From a virus, in the IMG/VR virus record IMGVR_UViG_3300029690_000340: a DNA stretch of 64,000 bases, one strand, 5' to 3'. The number at the start of each line of letters is the position of its first letter. Within the stretch, counting starts at the first letter, position 1. Both the position numbers and the translations under genes were made by a program. The notes under the pieces are model-generated. The model was not told the DNA's origin and made no database searches. It was given only the letters and a program-made list of their open reading frames with translations. Of this stretch, positions 40,383 to 47,444 are shown piece by piece.

Positions 40383-40714
40383 CCCGCCGAATGGCGGGCG
40401 GGTGAGCCGGAAACTCCGACCCAGCCTCCTGTCATTTGGTGTGGCTTATGACCCGCAAGGGAAGTAAGCCTCGTCAATAAGCCTCAGCCGCAAGGCTACG
40501 ATATGCCGGAATCCATAGGCACCGGCGGATGCTCCACAAGTCCGCCGCTCTGCGGGTGCGTATTAAACATCTCTGAGGGGAAGGAGAAGTGTGCGCACCA
40601 TTAAACCCGGTATATCCTTGGCGATGTGGACCACAGTAACGCCGCGTGAGCGGTAAGTGCTGATTTACCAAATCTTTGGTTTTCTCAAGTAGGGGAATTC
40701 TCGTCTTTTTAATC
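40383..40714 (+). ncRNA. tracrRNA/omegaRNA-like structured element, orphan copy (about 90% identical to 41745..42076)
   Basis: No ORF. GC-rich hairpins (CCCGCCGAATGGCGGG, CGGCGGATGCTCCACAAGTCCGCCG). Anti-repeat CCTCCTGTCATTTGGTGTGGC at 40425-40445 is complementary to downstream repeats. Ends with CCAAATCTTTGG hairpin + TTTTCT. Confidence 0.4.
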
Positions 40715-40797
40715 GTTGATGTGCCACAGCAAATGACAGGGAGTATCATCTGGCCCGCAGGATTGACGTCCCACACCAAATGACAGGAATCGGTAAA
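40715..40797 (+). repeat. two degenerate 36-nt array-type repeats separated by an 11-nt spacer
   Basis: GTTGATGTGCCACAGCAAATGACAGGGAGTATCATC / ATTGACGTCCCACACCAAATGACAGGAATCGGTAAA. Share the (G/A)TTGA(C/T)GT...CAAATGACAGG core with the array at 42097. Confidence 0.4.
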
Positions 40798-40817
40798 TTT
40801 TTCAGGAGGAATGAACA

Positions 40818-41420
40818 ATGACTTTTTTCAGTTTTGCTCTGGAATTAGGGCGGCTCATGGTGCCGCAGCTCGCGGTACTCATTGTGCTATGTGCATTGTG
40901 CGATTTCGCCGTGGGCAAGCTCAATGCGCCGAGACCGCCGGTGCTTGCGGTTCTGTGGCTATTCCTACTCATTGAAACACTTAACGTCGGCAGCCGCGTG
41001 ACGCTGTTCTTCCAGAACTGGGAGTTCCAGATTCCCAAAGTCTCTCTTGGCATCCAGCTTGTGCTGCTGGCAGTCCTGGTGGGCTTGCCGGCTGCGAAGT
41101 ATTTCGCGGGGAAGAAGTTCGCCAACTGCGGTGCTGTGAGTAAGGCGCTCGCTTTATTCTTTCATACCGTTCTTTCCCTCGCAGCGGCGATTGTACTGCT
41201 GGCAAGCCTGTATTCTATAGTTATGGCACGAGCGGATTTCCCTGCGGATACTGCCAATGCAGTCTGCTTCGTTGTGGTTGTATTTGCGCTGTACCAGCCC
41301 TTACTTATGCACTTTGGTGGGAACAGGCTGGACGACATCCTGTCGCTCATTCGGCAGGCCAATCGCAACGCGGTGTCTGTCCATCAGAATGATACGAACC
41401 ATGTCGGCGCAGGTAAGTAA
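40818..41420 (+). CDS. hypothetical polytopic membrane protein
   Basis: RBS AGGAGGAATG. Five to six TM helices. Confidence 0.4.
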   Translation: MTFFSFALELGRLMVPQLAVLIVLCALCDFAVGKLNAPRPPVLAVLWLFLLIETLNVGSRVTLFFQNWEFQIPKVSLGIQLVLLAVLVGLPAAKYFAGKKFANCGAVSKALALFFHTVLSLAAAIVLLASLYSIVMARADFPADTANAVCFVVVVFALYQPLLMHFGGNRLDDILSLIRQANRNAVSVHQNDTNHVGAGK

Positions 41421-41739
41421 ACACGCGAGGAAGCGTACAAAACAGCGTGCTGGCCTCGGCAAAAGAGCAGCCGTGCGCAATGCACAGAAAGCCTTTGACC
41501 TTGGCGTGAAGCACTCGGAGACCAATGGACGCTTAAACAAGTATCTCACCGCCATCTACTTCACTAACAAAACCATCAACAACCTGCGCATCTATCACCG
41601 GCACGTCTACCTGTTTGCCGGAGATGTCCTTGTCACCGTGCTCAACCTGCCGAACAATTTGTGGCCGCAGGCTGATGCCTGCGAGAAGCGCAAGCGGGCA
41701 AGTTTGGAACGCCCTGTCTGTCAGGATAGTATTTCTTAG
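41401..41739 (+). CDS. possible small basic protein (112 aa), weakly supported
   Basis: In-frame ATG within listed ORF 41257..41739. K/R-rich N-terminus (KHARKRTKQRAGLGKRAAVR). No RBS. Confidence 0.2.
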   Translation: MSAQVSKHARKRTKQRAGLGKRAAVRNAQKAFDLGVKHSETNGRLNKYLTAIYFTNKTINNLRIYHRHVYLFAGDVLVTVLNLPNNLWPQADACEKRKRASLERPVCQDSIS

Positions 41740-41744
41740 TTTTT

Positions 41745-42076
41745 CCCGCCGAATGGCGGGTGGGTGCGCCGGAAGCTCCGGCTCAGCCTCCTGTCATTTG
41801 GTGTGGCTTATGACCCGCAAGGAGAGTAAGCCTCGTCAATAAGCCTCAGCCGCAAGGCTACGATATGCCGGAATACATAGGCACCGGCGGATACTCCACA
41901 AGTCCGCCGCTCTGCGGGTGCGTATTAAACATCTCTGAGGGGAAGGAGAAGTGTGCGTACCATCAAACCCGGTATATCCTTGGCGATGTGGACCACAGTA
42001 ACGCCGCGTGAGCGGTAAGTGCTGATTTACCAATTTTTTGGTTTGCCTAAGTAGGAGAATCTTCGTATTTTTAAGC
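41745..42076 (+). ncRNA. tracrRNA/omegaRNA-like structured element upstream of the array and iscB
   Basis: Anti-repeat CCTCCTGTCATTTGGTGTGGC at 41787-41807 has 12-18 contiguous nt complementary to the ...CCACCAAATGACAGG... portion of each array repeat. Many hairpins. About 90% identical to 40383..40714, with several paired substitutions. Confidence 0.45.
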
Positions 42077-42096
42077 GTTGAAATGCCAACTACCTG

Positions 42097-42330
42097 GTTG
42101 ACGTACCCCGCCAAATGACAGGTAGCTATACCCAAAGCGACCAGCCGATGCGCCCATTGTAGTTGACGTATCCCACCAAATGACAGGTAGCTATACCAGT
42201 TGAGCATGGCAATGATGGGGATTTGCGAGTTGATGTCCCTAACCAAATGACAGGTAACTATACCCAAATGGCTTGGTTCTCACAAGTTCTTGTGGTTGAC
42301 GTCCCCCACCAAATGACAAGAAGCTGCACC
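42097..42330 (+). CRISPR. CRISPR-like mini-array: four 36-nt repeats, three spacers (29, 31, 30 nt)
   Basis: R1 42097-42132 GTTGACGTACCCCGCCAAATGACAGGTAGCTATACC. R2 42162-42197. R3 42229-42264. R4 42295-42330 (degenerate terminal repeat). Spacers CAAAGCGACCAGCCGATGCGCCCATTGTA / AGTTGAGCATGGCAATGATGGGGATTTGCGA / CAAATGGCTTGGTTCTCACAAGTTCTTGTG. Repeats are 83-94% identical, not perfect. Confidence 0.55.
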
Positions 42331-42352
42331 CCGTAGTGAAAGGAAAAATAAG

Positions 42353-43747
42353 ATGCCAGTATGTGTTTTAAGTGCAAACGGTGAACGGCTGATGCCGACC
42401 GAAAATTACGGCAAAGTGCGCCATCTGCTGAAGGATGGCCGCGCTGTAATTGCGAAGCGGAACCCGTTCACCATCCAGCTGACCTACGAGACCAGTACCT
42501 ATACCCAGCCCATCGAATTGTGCGTCGGCACCGGATATGAGCATATCGGCGTCAGCATTAAGGCAAAGGCAAAAGAGGTCGTATCGCAGCAATATGATTT
42601 GCTCACGAACGAGCGCTCCCGCCATGACGACTGCCGAGCGTACCGCCGGACGCGCAGAAACCGCCTGCGGTATCGGGCTGCACGGTTCAATAACCGTGTA
42701 TCCAGCAAAATGCCCGGTTGGATTGCTCCGTCCCTGGATAACAAGGTGGAGCGGCACCTGGATATTATCTCCCGCTATCTATCTGTCATGCCTGTCAAGG
42801 ATGTCTTTATCAAGGCCGCAACATACGATACACAGCTCCTTGCGGCGCTGGAGGCAGGGGAGCCTGTCCCGCAGGGTAAGGACTATCAGCATGGGCCACA
42901 GTACGGATACGATACACTGCGGGAAGCGGTCTTTGAACGGGACCACTATACCTGTGTGTATTGCAAGAGAGGTCTGAAAGACGGCGCTATCCTTCATGTC
43001 CATCACGCCTACTACTGGAAGGGTCTGCATGGGAACAGCATGAGGGAGCTTGCGACCTGCTGCGAGAAGTGCAACACACCTGCCAATCACAAGGAGGGCG
43101 GGAAGCTGTGGGGCTTCGATAAGCCTCTGCGGAAATATACCGGCGAAGCGTTTATGAATAGCGTGCGCTGGATTCTCTACCAGCGTGCGATGGCTCGCTT
43201 CCAGGGTGCTGCGGAAGTACACATGACCTATGGCGTCATCTCCAAGCGCGTCCGCACCAACCTCGGCCTCCCGTATTCCTGCGCTACGGATGCCTACTGC
43301 ATGGGCGAGCTGCGTCCGGAAGCCAGATGCGAAACAGAGGTCTTCCAGAAATACAGGCGAAACAACAGAGTCCTATCCAAATTCTATGACGCCAAATATT
43401 ACGACACACGGGAAAAGGGAGTTATCCGTTCTGGCAACGAGTTGTCCTCCGGCAGGACGAACCGCAATCATAACCTTGACGGCGAAAATCTGCGCCGGTT
43501 CCGTGGCTGTAAGAAGTCAAAGGGCCGAACCTCGACCAGAAAGCAGAGATATGCCATGCAGCCGGGAGATATCGTGGTCTACGGCAATCGCAAATACGTT
43601 TCCAAGGGCTGCTCCAGCTACGGCAAGGCATTAAGCCTACTCACGGATGGAAAGCCGCTTATGGTCAGCATGAAGAAAATCCAGCTTGTTCGTCATAAGG
43701 GCGGCTGGGTGCGGCTTCCCCATGCAGCAGCCGAGGCAAAAAAATAA
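42353..43747 (+). CDS. iscB: IscB-family RNA-guided nuclease homologue (PLMP domain, split RuvC, arginine-rich bridge helix, HNH, C-terminal TI domain); RuvC catalytic residues apparently substituted
   Basis: N-terminus MPVCVLSANGERLMPTENYGKVRHLLKDGRAVIAKRNPFTIQLTYE matches the PLMP domain. RRTRRNRLRYRAARFNNR bridge helix. HNH CVYCKRG...HVHHAYYWKGLHGNSMRELATCCEKCNTPANHK. Expected RuvC-I D is G59 (LCVGTG vs LGIDPG). RuvC-II E is K154 (VFIKAATYD). RuvC-III motif reads ATDAYC where H.DAY is expected, so the His is Thr and the Asp is retained. Confidence 0.75.
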   Translation: MPVCVLSANGERLMPTENYGKVRHLLKDGRAVIAKRNPFTIQLTYETSTYTQPIELCVGTGYEHIGVSIKAKAKEVVSQQYDLLTNERSRHDDCRAYRRTRRNRLRYRAARFNNRVSSKMPGWIAPSLDNKVERHLDIISRYLSVMPVKDVFIKAATYDTQLLAALEAGEPVPQGKDYQHGPQYGYDTLREAVFERDHYTCVYCKRGLKDGAILHVHHAYYWKGLHGNSMRELATCCEKCNTPANHKEGGKLWGFDKPLRKYTGEAFMNSVRWILYQRAMARFQGAAEVHMTYGVISKRVRTNLGLPYSCATDAYCMGELRPEARCETEVFQKYRRNNRVLSKFYDAKYYDTREKGVIRSGNELSSGRTNRNHNLDGENLRRFRGCKKSKGRTSTRKQRYAMQPGDIVVYGNRKYVSKGCSSYGKALSLLTDGKPLMVSMKKIQLVRHKGGWVRLPHAAAEAKK

Positions 43748-44133
43748 CCACCTGCGGATAAACCGTGGGCGGCGGAAATTGACAAAGCGGGGCCTTTTTG
43801 GTAAGATTACAATGCTCCAAAAGGAGCCAGAAAGGCGTTACCATATACGGTAGGCGGTCGGCACTTCCCTGTGGAGGGAGGTGATGCCAATGGTTACTTA
43901 CGAATCGCTTTTTGCGTATTCTCTTGTTATCATCGGCCTCGTGGGTCTGATAGTTCAGATTTGCAAACGAAAATGACCGCCCCTCGCCAAAGGAAGACGG
44001 TCATTTCGTTTGACTCTATTCTCTTAGGCTGACCGCTTATCGGTATTGCCTTTCTGCTTTTTATTATACACCAGCAAGCCGCTTTGTCAAGCAAGACAAG
44101 GCGGCTTTTTGCCGCCGGAAAGGAGTTTTTCCC

Positions 44134-44631
44134 ATGAAAAGCATCATGCTCAGCATCCGACCGGAGTGGCTCCAGAAAATCCTGTCGGGTCAGAAGACCG
44201 TGGAGCTGCGCCTGTCCAGACCGAACCTTACGCCGCCCTTCATGGTATTTCTCTACTGCTCCTGCAAGGGTACAAAGAAGCCCGGTGAAATTCTTGAAAT
44301 CCATAGCGGCGGCAAAATCTACAAGGCAAACGGTCTTGTGGTAGGGGAGTTTACCTGTACCGAAATTGACCGTGTGGTGCGCGTGGGCTATATGGGCAGC
44401 AACGCGCCGCTTCAATACTGTGTCAACGCACAACCTGGAAACTACACCCCAGCGGGGAAACTGTATGAGGACGCCTGCCTCACCGTGAAGCAAGCAGAGG
44501 ACTACCTCTGTGGCCGCGTGGGATACGGATGGCACATCTCTGATGTGCAGACCTATGACCGGCCCAAGAGCCTCGACTGCTTCGCACTTGCGAGAGCACC
44601 GCAGAGTTGGCAGTACGTCCACGATTTTTAA
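44134..44631 (+). CDS. ASCH-domain protein
   Basis: MLSIRPEWLQKILSGQKTVELR N-terminus is typical of ASCH (PUA-like) fold proteins. RBS GGAAAGGAG. Confidence 0.65.
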   Translation: MKSIMLSIRPEWLQKILSGQKTVELRLSRPNLTPPFMVFLYCSCKGTKKPGEILEIHSGGKIYKANGLVVGEFTCTEIDRVVRVGYMGSNAPLQYCVNAQPGNYTPAGKLYEDACLTVKQAEDYLCGRVGYGWHISDVQTYDRPKSLDCFALARAPQSWQYVHDF

Positions 44632-44646
44632 GGAGGGATTCAAAAA

Positions 44647-44862
44647 ATGGCAAATTACAGAGTTTGTTTTCGGCTGCCCACATTTGTGGTACAGCTGAGC
44701 TTTGAGGCGGCAGAGAGGGATATCTCATACGAGGAAATTGCTGCATCCATCAACAAAGAGAAGGTCGCGGAACTTCTGTGTCTTGACGCACTGGGCTACA
44801 GTGCGGAAGACATAGAAATCATCACCCCGGAAGAGTATGACGAGGAGGTTGGAGCGGAATGA
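44647..44862 (+). CDS. small hypothetical protein (71 aa)
   Basis: RBS AAGGAGGGA. Translationally coupled to the next gene. Confidence 0.3.
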   Translation: MANYRVCFRLPTFVVQLSFEAAERDISYEEIAASINKEKVAELLCLDALGYSAEDIEIITPEEYDEEVGAE

Positions 44863-46352
44863 ACACTGAGGAGCGTTTCCTGCTTCGCTCGTCAGTAGAA
44901 TGGCGAAAGAATTTGATGCAGGATTGCTTGTGTATGCCGTGTGCTGAGTTCTCTGACTCTTTCGACGCAGCTGTAGACGCTGCCATCGCCACATTCCCTG
45001 AGTTGGAGCGGGAAGCTATCTTAAAACGCTACCGCGACGGTCTTACACCAACACAATGCGCAAACGCACTGGAAATTGACATCGGCAAGTTCTACTCTTG
45101 CTTCGACCTCGCCATAAGGAGGCTGCGTCACCCCAAATATGCGGGGGGTATCCTGAAAGAAATGCGCCGGTTTGCAGGCAGCCCTCTCGCCTCTGCTTTG
45201 AAGGAGGCCATTGAGAATGGCAACTGGAAAAAAATCGAGGAGTTGTGCGATTCTGTTCCGTTTCAGTGCCTCAATTTCTCGACTCGCACCAAGAACTGCC
45301 TTATGTTCAGTGGTGCCCAAAGTATCGGCGATGTTGTTCGACTGATAGAGAGCGGCAAACTGAAGAATCTGCGCCAATGCGGGCAGGGGACCCTTCAGAA
45401 TATTATCGACGTACTGGAAAAGGCTCTGCCGTTCCATTTCATCCTTGGAAAGCCAGCTCAATTCTGTCCGGAAACGAGTGATGCCTTCACCCGGAAGGAA
45501 CACACTCGCCAGCTCTCTGCCATGCTGGAGCGATACATCGACCCGCGCAACGACCCACGCATCTACTGGGCGAGAGAGGTCACATTCGACTACTCTACGA
45601 ACCACAAAATCCGCGTGGACTATATGCGCTTTCAGCCGCTCAACAATTCGACCTCCGGCATTGAGAAGGGGGACTTCTACGCCTACGAGGTCAAGTCCTC
45701 TGTGGAGGATTTCAAATCTCCTAACGGGCACAACTTCATCGCGGACTACAACTACTACGTTATGCCCGCAGACGTCTTCGAAGCGGTGAAGGATACTGTG
45801 CCATACGGCGTCGGTGTGCTTTGCCCGGACGGCGGGCATCTGCGATGCGTGAGGAAAGCCGTGAGGAAGGACCGAACCAGACCGGTCAGCGAGATGCTGC
45901 TCATGCTGTGGCGCAGCTCACGAAGAGAGAGATTGTTGGAAGGAGAAACAAAAATGACAAAGAAACAAACGACAGACAAGATTAACAAGCCTGAGTTCGC
46001 CCCGGAGGAGTGGCGGAAGGCGGCCATTATGTACGATACATCCTTTGCCTGGTGTAAAAATCAAATTTCAGCCTGGGGTAAGAATCAAATTTCATTTACA
46101 CCGGGCTTTAACGAGATGTTCGATGAAGCGCTGGACACACTTCCTGAGCGAAACCGCGATATCGTCCAAAAGTATTTTCGTGACAGAATGACGTTTTCGC
46201 AAATCGCCGACCTGCACGGCACCAGCAGAAGCATAGTTCGCCATCTGTGTATCTGGACGGTATGGAGGGTCATGAATTTGATTCTGCTGCGAGAAGGAAG
46301 CAACCAAAATGCTGCGCCACAAACAGGCGGAGGAACTGAAGGTGGGTATTGA
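44859..46352 (+). CDS. multidomain protein: sigma-70 region-4-like HTH / RpoA-CTD-like HhH / PD-(D/E)xK (VRR-NUC-like) / second sigma-70 region-4-like HTH
   Basis: ELEREAILKRYRDGLTPTQCANALEIDIGKF (sigma region 4-like). STRTKNCLMFSGAQSIGDVVRLIESGKLKNLRQCGQGTLQNI (alpha-CTD-like). VDYMRF...DFYAYEVKSS (nuclease-like D...EVK). C-terminal ERNRDIVQKYFRDRMTFSQIADLHGTSRSIVRH. Confidence 0.45.
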   Translation: MNTEERFLLRSSVEWRKNLMQDCLCMPCAEFSDSFDAAVDAAIATFPELEREAILKRYRDGLTPTQCANALEIDIGKFYSCFDLAIRRLRHPKYAGGILKEMRRFAGSPLASALKEAIENGNWKKIEELCDSVPFQCLNFSTRTKNCLMFSGAQSIGDVVRLIESGKLKNLRQCGQGTLQNIIDVLEKALPFHFILGKPAQFCPETSDAFTRKEHTRQLSAMLERYIDPRNDPRIYWAREVTFDYSTNHKIRVDYMRFQPLNNSTSGIEKGDFYAYEVKSSVEDFKSPNGHNFIADYNYYVMPADVFEAVKDTVPYGVGVLCPDGGHLRCVRKAVRKDRTRPVSEMLLMLWRSSRRERLLEGETKMTKKQTTDKINKPEFAPEEWRKAAIMYDTSFAWCKNQISAWGKNQISFTPGFNEMFDEALDTLPERNRDIVQKYFRDRMTFSQIADLHGTSRSIVRHLCIWTVWRVMNLILLREGSNQNAAPQTGGGTEGGY

Positions 46353-46836
46353 CATCAATAGCCTGCCGCTTTCCGCACAGATTCAGGTGCGTGCAAAGCT
46401 CGACGAGCAGAAGCGCGAACAGAAACAGCAGCGAGCAAAAAAACAGCCGGAAGCACAGAAAAGGCAAAAACAGCCGAAAGAAGCGGACTCTGCTGAGCCA
46501 TCCAAATATCGCAACATAAAGGTCATTCGTGTGGTGGATGGAGAAACCGTGAAATTCCCCAGCAAGCGGGAGGCACGGCGCTTCGATGAACTGTATTTGC
46601 AGTACAAGGGCGGTGCAATCCAGGACCTGCGGCTCCAGCAGGACTTCACGCTGGTCGAGGGCTATACACGGCCAAATGGCAAGCGGGTTCGCCCAATGGT
46701 CTATAAGGCAGATTTCGTATACCTTCGCAACGGTAAACGCATCGTGGAAGACGCGAAGGGAAAACGAACCGAAAAGTATCTCATGAAACGCAAACTCATG
46801 TTGGAAAAGTACGGAATCGAAATTTCGGAGGTGTAA
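46309..46836 (+). CDS. DUF1064-family phage protein with K/Q/E-rich N-terminal extension
   Basis: C-terminal block KFPSKREARRFDELYLQYKGGAIQDLRLQQDFTLVEG...YKADFVYLRNGKRIVEDAKGKRTEKYLMKRKLMLEKYG matches DUF1064 conservation. Confidence 0.55.
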   Translation: MLRHKQAEELKVGIDINSLPLSAQIQVRAKLDEQKREQKQQRAKKQPEAQKRQKQPKEADSAEPSKYRNIKVIRVVDGETVKFPSKREARRFDELYLQYKGGAIQDLRLQQDFTLVEGYTRPNGKRVRPMVYKADFVYLRNGKRIVEDAKGKRTEKYLMKRKLMLEKYGIEISEV

Positions 46837-46841
46837 TATCA

Positions 46842-47345
46842 ATGTTTGAAAACGGTAAGTTCCCAACGATTGAAGAGCTTTTGGAACGGGGAGAACACCT
46901 CATTCAGAAGGCAGTTGACGGAAAAAGATTAAGCGGCGAGGAAACGCATTTTCTCGAATTGCAAAATATATGGCTTGCGCAAAGGAGGGATGAACAGGAA
47001 AAAAACTGCGCGCGTCCTCTTGTGGAGCAGCTCAAGAAAACAACCCCCTTTGTGCAGGATGTATTCCGCAGCACCGAATATTCCGAGTTCGCCCTCTGGT
47101 GCATTGAGATTCCCACTACCGCCAGCCGGCACAACGATGACGGCTCAAACGACATCTGCGGTTGTTGGATTACGGCAGACAACAGCACGACCTACGAGGA
47201 GATGTGTCGCCGTCTGGAAGGAGTGAAGACGAAAGCCGATATTCTGGCTCTCTCCACCACGCCAAGTACCGTTGAGGCAATCAGTTCGGCCACACCGCGC
47301 TGGAGGGCGGAGGTGGAGCAACTCCGCGCACAACAGCAAAAATAG
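46842..47345 (+). CDS. hypothetical protein
   Basis: RBS GGAGGTG. No recognisable family. Confidence 0.35.
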   Translation: MFENGKFPTIEELLERGEHLIQKAVDGKRLSGEETHFLELQNIWLAQRRDEQEKNCARPLVEQLKKTTPFVQDVFRSTEYSEFALWCIEIPTTASRHNDDGSNDICGCWITADNSTTYEEMCRRLEGVKTKADILALSTTPSTVEAISSATPRWRAEVEQLRAQQQK

Positions 47346-47362
47346 TCTCTCCCATCCTGGAA

Positions 47363-47392
47363 GGCCGTCAGCACATCGCTGGCGGCCTTTTG
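47363..47392 (+). terminator. rho-independent terminator
   Basis: GGCCGTCAGCACATCGCTGGCGGCC + TTTTG. Confidence 0.5.
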
Positions 47393-47393
47393 A

Positions 47394-47422
47394 TTGACAA
47401 ATAAGCTATTGTGTGGTATAAT
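47394..47422 (+). promoter_or_regulatory. conserved promoter (TTGACA-N17-TGGTATAAT)
   Basis: TTGACAAATAAGCTATTGTGTGGTATAAT. Overlaps the listed ORF start at 47394, which is therefore not the real start. Confidence 0.55.
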
Positions 47423-47444
47423 TGCTGCATTCAGTGAAGGGGGG

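Noticed and set aside
42097-42330. Array repeats read as tandem sigma-70 promoters because each starts with TTGACG
   Set aside because: No acceptable -10 hexamer at 16-19 bp spacing inside the repeat. The anti-repeat complementarity fits an RNA-pairing role better. Iteron or regulator binding-site function cannot be fully excluded without data.
47394-47444. Listed ATG at 47394 as the sigma factor start
   Set aside because: Overlaps the -35 box of its own promoter. The start must be downstream (GTG 47445 chosen, still uncertain).
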